Origin: Promethearchaeota archaeon
Lineage (GTDB): Archaea; Asgardarchaeota; Heimdallarchaeia; Hodarchaeales; Hodarchaeaceae
Direction: 5' to 3'
Length of the DNA: 64,000 nucleotides
Assembly (NCBI GenBank): GCA_048938105.1
Contig: JBHLMN010000001.1
Span: 128,001 to 192,000 of the forward strand
A program made the position numbers and the translations under genes. Numbering within the stretch: the stretch's first letter is position 1; each line of letters begins with the position of its first letter. Under the pieces are notes generated by a model that made no database searches, had not been told where the DNA came from, and was given only the letters and a program-made list of their open reading frames with translations. Below, in pieces: positions 1 to 9,607 of this stretch.

Positions 1-1674
1 TAGAGCTAGAATAATAATAGCTTTACTAAGGCTTTCAGGGCGTCGAGTTACTGATTTAGCCACTACTTCTCCAAGTGAAAATATTACAGTAAACCCCTGA
101 ATTAATATATTCTCTGTTTTTAGGATCAAATGTGAACCAATACGAGCTATCAAAAGAATGGATCCCAACCAAAATAAAGAAGGAGTCACTGCAGCCAAAA
201 TTGCAAATAGTAATCCCCCGCTTTCGATATCGAAATCGAATCCTATTTGTAATGCTAATAATAACAACCCCAGCATTGTAAATACGACATCCAAATAGAC
301 ACGCTTCCAAAGTGATGCTTTTTGAGAACGCTCTTCTTTCATCCCCTCTAAAAAGTCTTGATCCTTGATTAGACGTCGTGCAGGAAGATAAGCGGAAATC
401 AGGGCTAGAACAATGCTGATAATTGCCAATAATGAAACATTCGTAATATTCATTGAAGAAAATGTGAAATCAAAATCTATCAATAAAGGATCGATGGTGA
501 GAAACTGAGGAGTCCACAACATAACTTGAGATACCAATTCACCACAAATAATCCCTAAAGATGTTGCTATTAAAGCAATCACTAAGACTTCTGATAATAT
601 CATCCTAAGAACTTGCCCTGAAGAAGCTCCCCGACTCTGCAAAGTAGTGATTTCTATACTTCTCATTTCCATAGATGTTTCAACAGAATATTTTTGAAGA
701 TATAATGCTAGAATGATTGCAGGAAGTGATAGAAACAATAAGAACATTTGGAAAATTAGCATCACGATCCGAAGGATTAAAACTGATAATCCAATATTAT
801 CTTGGGCATAAACTTGACCCCCAAATTTAACTAAAACTTTATTGGAAAATGCAGTGGTTTTTCCACCAGCAGCATCAGGATTACTGGGAAGAACACTATG
901 ATTAAATTTTATATGGAGCTGTTCCTTATAATCATACCCTTGGAGTGCTCCCCATCTCTGGAAAAGAGTATCACGCCAGTCCAAAAGATTCCAAATAGGT
1001 AGAATAATCATCCCCACTTCTTTATTGAACATAGATAGTCCTAGAAAACTAGAAGTATCTCTAATTTGGTAGATACCTGCAATACGACAAATTTGGGTAT
1101 AGTTCTTCAATGAACCCGTCATATTCAAGAAATCAGGACCTGTTTTTGTGACATTAACGGTATCATTCACAGATAACCCTAATTTCAGAGCATTTCTTTC
1201 ATCTATCAAAATGGGAAAGATCTGCATATTTTTAGAGATTGAATCATTAAAAATCCCCTCGCTTATGTTAAAAACGTGAAACGTATCCAAATAGCTCGAT
1301 TCAATTCCTATAAAACCAGTGGAAATCTCGCTATCGCTTTTCGCTTTTACTTGAATCTTCTCAGACAGGCTAATGAAGTACTCGGAAGCTGAGACTAGTG
1401 ATTGATTCTCTAACCAAATATCGATCTCTGTTATATTATAAGTGACTTCTGGAAGCTCAACCCCAAAACTAAACGCTGACAGATCAAAAGAACTAACAGT
1501 CATATCTACTTCGATATCATCTAGAGCATCGTTGAGGAATTTAATGGCAGCTGTTTCATTATAGAAAACAACAGCAGAAATAATGGTAACGGCTAAAAAA
1601 ATACCAAAAGCATTTTGTAAGGTTCGTTTTTTATTTCTAAAAAGGGATTTGAATGCGTATGGAAGGGAGAGCAT
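1..1674 (-). CDS. FtsX/MacB-like ABC transporter permease (3' end runs off window start)
   Basis: Not in the ORF track. Read manually from ATG at 1674: MLSLPYAFKSLFRNKKRTLQNAFGIFLAVTIISAVVFYNE..., a typical FtsX N-terminus. Later segment reads EMRSIEITTLQSRGASSGQVLRMILSE followed by TM helices. Confidence 0.85.
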   Translation of the reverse strand, partial: MLSLPYAFKSLFRNKKRTLQNAFGIFLAVTIISAVVFYNETAAIKFLNDALDDIEVDMTVSSFDLSAFSFGVELPEVTYNITEIDIWLENQSLVSASEYFISLSEKIQVKAKSDSEISTGFIGIESSYLDTFHVFNISEGIFNDSISKNMQIFPILIDERNALKLGLSVNDTVNVTKTGPDFLNMTGSLKNYTQICRIAGIYQIRDTSSFLGLSMFNKEVGMIILPIWNLLDWRDTLFQRWGALQGYDYKEQLHIKFNHSVLPSNPDAAGGKTTAFSNKVLVKFGGQVYAQDNIGLSVLILRIVMLIFQMFLLFLSLPAIILALYLQKYSVETSMEMRSIEITTLQSRGASSGQVLRMILSEVLVIALIATSLGIICGELVSQVMLWTPQFLTIDPLLIDFDFTFSSMNITNVSLLAIISIVLALISAYLPARRLIKDQDFLEGMKEERSQKASLWKRVYLDVVFTMLGLLLLALQIGFDFDIESGGLLFAILAAVTPSLFWLGSILLIARIGSHLILKTENILIQGFTVIFSLGEVVAKSVTRRPESLSKAIIILAL

Positions 1675-1797
1675 CCTTTGCACCGTTTAAGTACAGATTT
1701 TATTTGTTTTTAAATCTCAACATGTAGGAATGAAGTGCTTTATTAGGAATTTAATGAGTTCTATTCAGCCTAAATCAATATAATACTTTTAAAAATT

Positions 1798-2706
1798 TCA
1801 ACCAAGTATAATCAGCAAGAGAGAAATAGTTACAATCCCCAATGGAATACAAAATGAAAGGATGTTTGCTGCAAACTCTTTATCCAGCTCTTCAAGCGAA
1901 GCAAAAGTTAAAGTATTAAAACCCACTGGAGCTGCAGAACTAATAATTATTATTTTACTGGTAAGGTCATCATACCCAAACAAGAAACTAAAAATGATTC
2001 CCAATAATAACCCCAACCCCATTCGAATTATAATTACCTCAAGAACGTGAAGAATCTTCTCTAATTTTGGATTAAAATAAATACCTATTGATAACATAAG
2101 GAGTGGAGTCAATAAGCCACCTAGTAGTTCTAATAGATAACTAAAACTGGGATCATAAGAAAAACCAGAAAAATTAATCGCAATGCCTATAATCAATGCT
2201 ATTAATGGTGGGGATGTTAACAACTTCTTATTAAAGAAAGAAATTTTCCTATCGCCGTTACTCGATCCATATTTCTGAGCTATATAATATGTTAGTGACA
2301 GAGTCAAAATTATATTGCCTATATCAAAAAAAGATGCTCGCGCAAATCCTTCCTGTCCATAAGCTCCTAGAACGAATGGAACATTAAATCCTAAGTTCAT
2401 TATCATGGTTCCAACTAATAAGACCCCTTTGGTCCTCTCTTCCAAATTTAATACACTGGTTAATAGACTAGTAACCATGAAAGTTATGATAATTATTAAA
2501 GAAGCAATTATAGGTAAGAAAATAAAATTAACAGTGATTTCTACATTTGGGATGGTATCAAGTATTAATGCAGGTAATGAAATGTAAAAAACAATTTTCA
2601 AAAAAACATCAGCATCTTCTTTCTTTATAAGGGTGGTAGATCTAAGCAATACACCTAGAAAGATGAGGATAATTATAGAAAAAATGATTGGGAAAATTTC
2701 GTTCAT
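1798..2706 (-). CDS. AEC (auxin efflux carrier / malate permease) family transporter
   Basis: About 10 TM segments; family motifs VFYISLPALI, MNLGFNVP and SAAPVGFN. Confidence 0.88.
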   Translation of the reverse strand: MNEIFPIIFSIIILIFLGVLLRSTTLIKKEDADVFLKIVFYISLPALILDTIPNVEITVNFIFLPIIASLIIIITFMVTSLLTSVLNLEERTKGVLLVGTMIMNLGFNVPFVLGAYGQEGFARASFFDIGNIILTLSLTYYIAQKYGSSNGDRKISFFNKKLLTSPPLIALIIGIAINFSGFSYDPSFSYLLELLGGLLTPLLMLSIGIYFNPKLEKILHVLEVIIIRMGLGLLLGIIFSFLFGYDDLTSKIIIISSAAPVGFNTLTFASLEELDKEFAANILSFCIPLGIVTISLLLIILG

Positions 2707-2742
2707 ATAAATGCATTTAATGTAAATAGATGAAGAATCTTT

Positions 2743-3555
2743 CTAATTTCCTTGCATAATTTTAGCTTTTGAATCAAGACTCGGTAAAATGTATTTTAAT
2801 CCTGATGATTCATCTTGTCCGACTATTACTTCAACTCCATAGGTATCTAAGATGAATTTTTCAACAATTACTTCTTTGGGTGAACCAATGGCTTTAATTT
2901 CGCCATCTTTTAAAATAATAAGATCATCACAATATTGTGCAGCTAGGGCAAGGTCATGAAGAACAACAATCACTACAATTCCTTTGTCACGGCTGATTTC
3001 CTTACATAAATCCATAATCTTGTATTGCATGTTAATATCAAGATGAAGAGTTGGTTCATCAAGACAAAAAATCTGTGGATCTTGTGCTAGTGCGAGTGCA
3101 ATTGTCACAAGTTGTTTCTCACCACCACTAAGCTCACCAACATCCCTCTTAGCTAGGTGAGAAATACCTACCCGCTCAAGTGTAGAATTAACAACTCGAT
3201 AATCTTTTTTTGATTCGCGTTGGAATACCCCTAGATGTGGGTATCTTCCTAATAGCACGGTCTCAAGAACTGTGAATCCTGTGGTAAGACTAGTGAGCTG
3301 AGGAACCACAGAAAGAACTTTTGCAAGTTCTTTGTTCTTAAAAATACGAGTGTCTTTACCATCAATATAAATGACTCCTTGGTTCGGTTTCAAAATGTTT
3401 GCGATACACCGTAATAAGGTCGTCTTTCCTGATCCATTTGGGCCAATAATACCAGTAATTCCTCTTTGTTTTGCTTCAAAGGTCACATCGTTAAGTACAC
3501 TAATATTTTCATAACTAAAAGACAGGTTTTCAACTTTTAAACCCATAATTTTCAC
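2743..3555 (-). CDS. Cobalamin/Fe-siderophore ABC transporter ATP-binding subunit (BtuD/FepC-like)
   Basis: Walker A GPNGSGKT, signature LSGGE, Walker B LDEPT, H-loop VLHDL. Confidence 0.95.
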   Translation of the reverse strand: MKIMGLKVENLSFSYENISVLNDVTFEAKQRGITGIIGPNGSGKTTLLRCIANILKPNQGVIYIDGKDTRIFKNKELAKVLSVVPQLTSLTTGFTVLETVLLGRYPHLGVFQRESKKDYRVVNSTLERVGISHLAKRDVGELSGGEKQLVTIALALAQDPQIFCLDEPTLHLDINMQYKIMDLCKEISRDKGIVVIVVLHDLALAAQYCDDLIILKDGEIKAIGSPKEVIVEKFILDTYGVEVIVGQDESSGLKYILPSLDSKAKIMQGN

Positions 3556-3560
3556 CTATT

Positions 3561-4709
3561 TTAAAATCCTATCTTCCTTTGTTTTCGTAACAAGTACAAG
3601 AAAAAGGGAGTACCACAGAGAGCAGTAATTATCCCAACAGGTAACTCAATTGGGTAAATAACTGTTTTCGCGACAATATCAGCCATAATCAAAAAACTAG
3701 CTCCAATTAGAGAGGAAGTAGGAAGTAAAATTCTATGATCAGGGCCAGTAACCAATCGAATTAAATGTGGAATAATTAGTCCCACAAAGCCTATTACACC
3801 AGTAAATGCTACTGAAACACCAGTGATTAAAGACGCCAATACAAGTAATATTTTTTGGACTTTTTGAACATCAAGTCCTCGATATTGAGCGGTTTCTTCT
3901 CCTAACAGTAATAGATTCAGTGGTCTCGAAAAAATTAGACAGATAACACATGAAGGGATAATGATCACAGCAGCAATCATCACAGATTCCCAATCACCCT
4001 CGACTAAGGATAAGCCCCCCATCAACCAGAATATTATTGGTCTCAAATGCTGTCCAGAAATATACGTCAAAAAAGAGGTTATTGCTGCCATAAAAGATCC
4101 CACGGCGATACCTGATAATAGTAAAGTGTCGATTCTAACCATCCCACGAATATTAGAAATATAATACACAAGAATAATAGTTAGAAGTGCCCCACCAAAA
4201 GCAAAAACAGGAAGGGTGTATCCAGCGAGAAAACCTATAGTACCACCAGCAATAATAGCTATGGACGCACCAACGGAAGCACCAGAAGCTAACCCAAGAA
4301 TATATGGGTCAGCCATAGGATTTCTGAAAAGTGCTTGCATAATAGTGCCTGCAACTGCTAGTGCCATACCAGCTAATGCACCCATTAAAATTCTGGGAAA
4401 CCTAAAATCCCATATAATGACTTTTTGAATCGAGTTTTCTTCTTGGACTGGAAATCCCAATATTTGCAGGATTAATTGATAGCTATTCTTGATGATTTGT
4501 TGGATAATATCAGAAACAGAAAGTAATCTTGTGCTTGGAGGGCCGATTGGTCCTGCGGATCCAAACATGAGAGCAAAGAATGCACTAATTACAAGTACAA
4601 GTACACTAATAATTAATATCAAACCCCATAATAATTTCTTTTTATGGTAAAATTCATACACATCAATTTGATTTTGTGTATCGTTAGGATTTGGGACGAT
4701 GGAGGACAT
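3561..4709 (-). CDS. FecCD/BtuC family ABC transporter permease
   Basis: RFPRI, FRNPMADPYILG, IGFVGLIIPH and ELPVG motifs. Confidence 0.95.
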   Translation of the reverse strand: MSSIVPNPNDTQNQIDVYEFYHKKKLLWGLILIISVLVLVISAFFALMFGSAGPIGPPSTRLLSVSDIIQQIIKNSYQLILQILGFPVQEENSIQKVIIWDFRFPRILMGALAGMALAVAGTIMQALFRNPMADPYILGLASGASVGASIAIIAGGTIGFLAGYTLPVFAFGGALLTIILVYYISNIRGMVRIDTLLLSGIAVGSFMAAITSFLTYISGQHLRPIIFWLMGGLSLVEGDWESVMIAAVIIIPSCVICLIFSRPLNLLLLGEETAQYRGLDVQKVQKILLVLASLITGVSVAFTGVIGFVGLIIPHLIRLVTGPDHRILLPTSSLIGASFLIMADIVAKTVIYPIELPVGIITALCGTPFFLYLLRKQRKIGF

Positions 4710-4734
4710 CTTTCATTAAACACCCTTTTTATAC

Positions 4735-5841
4735 TTAAGGACGACGTTTAACCGCTATAAAAACAGAAATTGGTATCATTAAAAGAACCCAACACCATTC
4801 AAAGGCAGGTGTGACACTTTGGTCACTATCAGGTGTGACACTTTGGTCACTATCACTAGGGGAGGCTACTAGTTTGACCTTTGAATGGATTTCTTCTAGA
4901 GCTTTTACTATCCTTGGTCCACCTCTTGAGATCCAATCTTCATTAATAGGATAGATATTTCCATTTTTAACAGCATTAATGATATTCCAACCTTTTCTGT
5001 TACCAATCGTAGATACATTCGTGGTTGTCCACGGACCCTTTGCATAAAAAATAATATCAGGATTTTGAGTTATTACAAACTCATCATCAATTTGTGGATA
5101 AGGATTTGTTGCATTTTCAGCAATATTAATACCTCCTGCTAGTTCAATCAAATTATGGCCGTAAGTACCTTTTCCGAACGTAAACAATGGTTCAGAGAAA
5201 TACTCGATGTATATTTTTGGTTTAAAAGTAAGCGTAGTTGCATTGTGCTTAATTCCATCAATCTGTTCTTGAAGTGAATTCTTAAGAATATTTGCTTCTG
5301 ATTCGTGGTTAGTAATAAGTCCTACGACTTCAATGTCCTCTAGGACGTCTTCTACATTAAAGGGAGCCAAAATGAAAACTGTATAACCTTGATTTTCCAA
5401 CTTTTCCACATCATCTGAACTTGTGATATCTGCTCCAAAAATCAAGTCAGGCTCAAGAGCCATGATTTTTTCGATATCAAGAGTGGGATAGTTCCCAATT
5501 TTAGGTAAAATTGTAGTTTCATTTGGATAATTACTGTTAGGGTCAACAGCAATTAGTTTATCACCCGCTCCCACGGCGTAGATCACTTCAGTGACACTAG
5601 GAGCAATACTAATGATATCTTGGGGTTCCTTTACAATGGTTACATTACGATCATGGCCATCAATAAGGGAAAAGGGGTAAGACACCTGGTCACATTTATT
5701 TTTTACTATGTATGAGTCTGTTTGAGCGGAGGTGGTAATTTTATTCGATAATATTTGATTTACAATATTCAATTTAAGAATAAATACACAAAATAAAGAG
5801 AATAGAAATATAACAATTATTAGTCGTTTTTTGTATAACAT
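4735..5841 (-). CDS. Cobalamin/Fe-siderophore-binding protein (BtuF-like) with C-terminal membrane anchor
   Basis: PQDIISIAPSVTE, EKIMALEPDL, NPDII, AVKNG and SRGGPR motifs. ATG at 5841 (MLYKKRL + hydrophobic helix) preferred over the GTG at 5886. C-terminus TPAFE-TM-KRRP. Confidence 0.9.
   Translation of the reverse strand: MLYKKRLIIVIFLFSLFCVFILKLNIVNQILSNKITTSAQTDSYIVKNKCDQVSYPFSLIDGHDRNVTIVKEPQDIISIAPSVTEVIYAVGAGDKLIAVDPNSNYPNETTILPKIGNYPTLDIEKIMALEPDLIFGADITSSDDVEKLENQGYTVFILAPFNVEDVLEDIEVVGLITNHESEANILKNSLQEQIDGIKHNATTLTFKPKIYIEYFSEPLFTFGKGTYGHNLIELAGGINIAENATNPYPQIDDEFVITQNPDIIFYAKGPWTTTNVSTIGNRKGWNIINAVKNGNIYPINEDWISRGGPRIVKALEEIHSKVKLVASPSDSDQSVTPDSDQSVTPAFEWCWVLLMIPISVFIAVKRRP
4807..4854. 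repeat. Perfect 24-bp tandem duplication (2 copies) encoding DSDQSVTP x2 in the binding-protein linker
   Basis: AGGTGTGACACTTTGGTCACTATC at 4807-4830 and 4831-4854. Confidence 0.95.
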
Positions 5842-6183
5842 ACAAATGTTCACCAAGTTACTAATCAATCTAAAATTAAGAAACACTTTCTAAGGTTTTA
5901 TTGGATGATTATCAATTAAATCCTTTTGAGTCTCTGTAATTCTCTTTTAAATTTTAGATATTCTATTTTCGATACTTATAAACCATTTTTATTTTATTAT
6001 TTCACTAATATTTCACTAAAAATATCATTAAATTCTCTAGTCATAATCAATTTATAGGTGTTAGTAACCTATTCTTACATTATTAAAACATGATAAAATT
6101 TAATTAAAATGAATTTAACAATCATAATTCATAATAAATAATAAGATAACAGACTCTTATTTGAAATAAATCTTTATATCATT

Positions 6184-7398
6184 TTAGAATGGGTATGTTA
6201 ACCACCAAATGATATTAAAAAAGAGTCCCCAAATTCCAGCTCCAATAACAAAGATTACAAGAGTAAAAGAGGAAAGATGGTGTTCTCGTAACCAGATTGG
6301 TATCACAGAAAATATTGGAAAAGTATAACTAAGGAATCGTGAGAAATTTCTACCAGAAACTACAACATTAAGACCTAGAAAACCACAGAGATAAATGAAG
6401 AGTAAAGAGATTACATATTCATTAACATCCCTTTTTGACCATTTATATAGAGAAAGAAGAGAAAAAAATCCAAGACCAAATGTAAATACTGCCATCATTA
6501 ATAAAACCAATTGTATATGTGAATTTGACATGATTGCATACTGAAAATATGTTGGCCACCAGAGGAAAGGTAAGGATAATGCACCCTCTGTAGCATATTC
6601 CTGCATGGTCTGATATTTCATGATTTGAGTCGTTAATGGCAACCAAAAATCCCCGCGGTATATCCAAGAAAGAATATAGGAGCTAAATCCTATAATAAAC
6701 ATTATTATTCCAGTTACAGCAACACCAGTAAATAACCTTGGAGATAAATCTCTTTTTTTCCACCACTTCAAAAATAAAACTAGTATAACACCAACAACGA
6801 AGAAAGCACCATTAAATCGTAACGCGAATGTCATAGCTGTTGATATTGTAGCAAAAAAGTATTTTTGGCGCACAAGACACGTCCAGGCAAGCATTTGATA
6901 GAATAAGAACAAGATTTCTGAAGTAGCTAGGAGTAAGTAAGGACTGATGAATATAAAGTCAAATATGAATATCAATACAAGACTTGATCGTGTGTCTAGC
7001 TCAAAAGTTTCAAGAAAAAAACTGTAGAGAAGATATAGTGTTGCTAACGATGCAGAAAACTGGATTATGAATATTGATACAATTATTGCTGTAGATGAAG
7101 GAAGAATTATTGATATAATAATATATAATGAGAAATAATGAAGACTAGTGGCTATCAGGTGATAGGGATACGGGAGATCTGTTGGATGTAAACTATTTTC
7201 AATATATTTCCAGGAATCATTACAATGCAAACAATCCTTCCCTGCATACCATAGATTGTAAATGTTAAGCTGAAAAATCACTAGAGCTAAAATAAATAGT
7301 GTTATAAATAAACAAACATGAAATGTTAATATAATTAGGTATATTTTCGGAATTCTAGAAGAACGGATTGATTTAATTATTTGGGTATATTGATACAC
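6184..7398 (-). CDS. Polytopic membrane protein, probable GT-C fold glycosyltransferase (PIG-V/PMT-like)
   Basis: About 10 TMs; TSEILF, ALRFNG and late SRFL motifs in a GT-C-like arrangement. Confidence 0.55.
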   Translation of the reverse strand: MYQYTQIIKSIRSSRIPKIYLIILTFHVCLFITLFILALVIFQLNIYNLWYAGKDCLHCNDSWKYIENSLHPTDLPYPYHLIATSLHYFSLYIIISIILPSSTAIIVSIFIIQFSASLATLYLLYSFFLETFELDTRSSLVLIFIFDFIFISPYLLLATSEILFLFYQMLAWTCLVRQKYFFATISTAMTFALRFNGAFFVVGVILVLFLKWWKKRDLSPRLFTGVAVTGIIMFIIGFSSYILSWIYRGDFWLPLTTQIMKYQTMQEYATEGALSLPFLWWPTYFQYAIMSNSHIQLVLLMMAVFTFGLGFFSLLSLYKWSKRDVNEYVISLLFIYLCGFLGLNVVVSGRNFSRFLSYTFPIFSVIPIWLREHHLSSFTLVIFVIGAGIWGLFFNIIWWLTYPF

Positions 7399-7579
7399 AG
7401 ATGTTGACCAACCAAGAACTTACTTATGAGAATAGGGACTAAGTAATTATCAACAATCCTCATTGAAAAGGGGATATTTAGTTTTAATAATATTAAAAAT
7501 TATTTAATGAGTAATCTACGAAGAATTTTCAAAAGGTTAAAATTTATTTACTAAATTCTAGAAAAAGGTACTGAGTATA

Positions 7580-8608
7580 ATGAAATGTCTTCTTGCAGAT
7601 CAAGGAGTACCTCAAGGGGACTGTTTAACTATTACTCCTAGTGGGGATAAGAAACGAGCGTGTGAAGTAACTCTAAGAAAAACTAATGGCGTATATGAAC
7701 GATTAATAAAATCAATGCACTTATCACGGCCTGAGGATTATTTTTCTGTCTACCAAAGTGGATGCAACCACGCTTGTTTGAAATGTCACTCATCAGAGTT
7801 CTCAAAAAAAGCAAATGGGGATTGGATAAGCATCGACATGTTAGCAGTAATAGCAAGTGATTATTTAAGATCAGTAACAGTCAAAGAACCACGTTCTAGA
7901 GCCACCATGTGGCATGCTGAGGATCTCTGTCTCCATTGTGGCTCATGTATCCTGTTTGGCAGTCCATCCAAGTTTTGTCCTGGTAAACTAAAACCCTCAC
8001 AAATTGTCCTCTCTCCTCAAGGGTTCGGGCCCGCTCGAAATATCCTTGCATTTACAGGGGGGGATCTGACTTGTAATCCTCAGTATTATGCATTGGCGGC
8101 CGAAAGAATCAAAGATGTAACCGATGAAAAGCTTTGGGTATTGGTGGAAACCAATGGTTACGCATTGACAAAAAAAAATCTGGAAATTTTACGTGACGGT
8201 GGGGTCGATTCCTTTTGGTTGGATATTAAAGCATATGACGAAGTCAGCTATCAGAAATTATGTGGAACACCTAATTCAACAGTCTTAGATAGCCTAGCTT
8301 TGATGATTGATCTAGATTTTACAGTAGAGGTTCTCACATTGTATATTCCTGGGATTGTGGAAACTGATCAACACCGACAGATTGCTCGCCTTATAGCTGA
8401 TGTCGATTCTACTATCCCTACGACCTTATTGGCCTTCTTTCCCTCATATAAATTAAGGGATACCCGATCTCCTACTTTTAGTGAGATGATGACTAGTTAT
8501 TGGGTTTTGAGAGAAGAAGGATTGAACAATCTAAGACTTGGTAATATTGGAGTGTTTGCTAAAACTGATGAACAGGTGGAAGTCGTAAAATCATTAAGAT
8601 TAGGATAA
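7580..8608 (+). CDS. Radical SAM protein, PFL-activating-enzyme-like, with extra Cys cluster
   Basis: CNHACLKC (CxxxCxxC), FTGGD, ETNG, LDIKA; additional CLHCGSC-x9-C. Confidence 0.9.
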   Translation: MKCLLADQGVPQGDCLTITPSGDKKRACEVTLRKTNGVYERLIKSMHLSRPEDYFSVYQSGCNHACLKCHSSEFSKKANGDWISIDMLAVIASDYLRSVTVKEPRSRATMWHAEDLCLHCGSCILFGSPSKFCPGKLKPSQIVLSPQGFGPARNILAFTGGDLTCNPQYYALAAERIKDVTDEKLWVLVETNGYALTKKNLEILRDGGVDSFWLDIKAYDEVSYQKLCGTPNSTVLDSLALMIDLDFTVEVLTLYIPGIVETDQHRQIARLIADVDSTIPTTLLAFFPSYKLRDTRSPTFSEMMTSYWVLREEGLNNLRLGNIGVFAKTDEQVEVVKSLRLG

Positions 8609-8651
8609 TTCGACTTCAGCTTAGATTAATCTATTTCAGAGGAAAATTATC

Positions 8652-9119
8652 ATGAATATGTTCAACGTTTATCCGATTGGTTATGTAAGAAAAGAAAAGG
8701 AAAAAGAGTATTTAGAAATTTTAAAGGAATTTCGCTTAGGGCTCTACCGTCTTGAAACAATCTCTCACGCTTTTATACTCTGGTGGATTCATGAAAGCGA
8801 CACTCACGAAGCAAGAAACGTCAGAAAAACAATCCCAAGAGTGAGAAATAGCTTTTTCCCTCCACAAGAGATGGGAACTTTCGCAACACGCTCTCCAAGA
8901 CGTCCAAACCCCCTAGGATTAACATTAGTTAAAATTACAGAAGTGACTGAAGACCAAGTAGTTGTAGATCATATTGATGCATTTGATGGTACACCAGTTC
9001 TAGATATTAAACCCTATCTCCCAAATGGTGACCGGATCGATGAAGGAGTGGTCCTACCGCAATGGTTTCAGCACCTTTTAACCTCACGACCAGCTGACCG
9101 AAGGGAGAATCAAATGTGA
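8652..9119 (+). CDS. trmO: tRNA m6t6A37 methyltransferase TrmO (TsaA/YaeB)
   Basis: PIGYV, GTFATRSPRRPNPLGLT and DAFDGTPVLDIKPY family motifs. Confidence 0.92.
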   Translation: MNMFNVYPIGYVRKEKEKEYLEILKEFRLGLYRLETISHAFILWWIHESDTHEARNVRKTIPRVRNSFFPPQEMGTFATRSPRRPNPLGLTLVKITEVTEDQVVVDHIDAFDGTPVLDIKPYLPNGDRIDEGVVLPQWFQHLLTSRPADRRENQM

Positions 9120-9120
9120 A

Positions 9121-9435
9121 GTGATTAATCTGGCAACAAATGTTTTCCAAAGAGAAGCTCGGCTTTACACACAAATAGGGAGTTCTAAAATTCAATGTGA
9201 TACCTGCTGGCATCAATGTAAAATCTCGGAAGGAAAATTTGGTCGTTGTCACACTCATACTAACATCGAAGGAGTTTTATATTGTGTAAATTACGGGTTA
9301 GTCTCTTCTTTTTCTATTAATCCAATTGAAAAGAAACCCTTATTCCATTATTATCCTAATTGGTTTGCTTCAACAATAGGCAGCTATTCGCTACTATCTG
9401 GAATCGTTACCTCGACGATTGGTGGTTTTTCATAA
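9121..9435 (+). pseudogene. Orphaned 5' fragment of an AmmeMemoRadiSam radical SAM gene (amrS); homology ends at 9390
   Basis: Aligns ungapped with the N-terminus of 10950..11984 (QCxTCWHxC...GRC, NPIEKKPLFHYYP, TIGS), about 47 of 89 residues identical by manual count. Similarity stops at the codon before the first Cys of CxxxCxxC, followed by 14 unrelated codons and a stop. Confidence 0.88.
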
Positions 9436-9543
9436 GGGGGATGGTATTATCTCCTAATGATATCGAAGTTGATGTTATCTTAGGATAAGATTTAATATGA
9501 ACTGTTTTTTCTTAGGTAAATATGATCTTTAAATTAGCGCCTA

Positions 9544-9560
9544 CCAAAGTAATATAAATA
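9544..9560 (+). promoter_or_regulatory. Putative archaeal BRE/TATA promoter for the endonuclease-amrS unit
   Basis: CCAAAGTAA then TATAAATA (9553-9560), about 50 bp upstream of ATG 9608. The AT-rich background lowers specificity. Confidence 0.35.
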
Positions 9561-9607
9561 TTAGAGCCTTTTCTAACTTATAACAGAAAAAAATTGAGAA
9601 GAAGAAT

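Noticed and set aside
56-310. 84-aa ORF and other short ORFs overlapping long genes (e.g. 1862, 3961, 13875, 16155, 39712, 63519, 63566)
   Set aside because: They overlap well-supported genes in other frames or strands, including the two edge-truncated genes missing from the ORF track, and carry no recognisable motifs.
5887-6183. Cobalamin riboswitch upstream of the BtuFCD-like operon
   Set aside because: The region is extremely AT-rich with no recognisable B12-box or GC-paired stems.
9117-9123. UGA read-through (selenocysteine) or fusion of trmO to the amrS fragment
   Set aside because: The downstream ORF is in a different frame, TrmO is already complete, and no SECIS-like hairpin was recognised.
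9391-9488. Alternative-frame peptide ending IEVDVILG* as a remnant amrS C-terminus (compare SIPIFLG*)
   Set aside because: Only two or three matching residues and none of the CxxC motifs; not distinguishable from chance without a homologue search.
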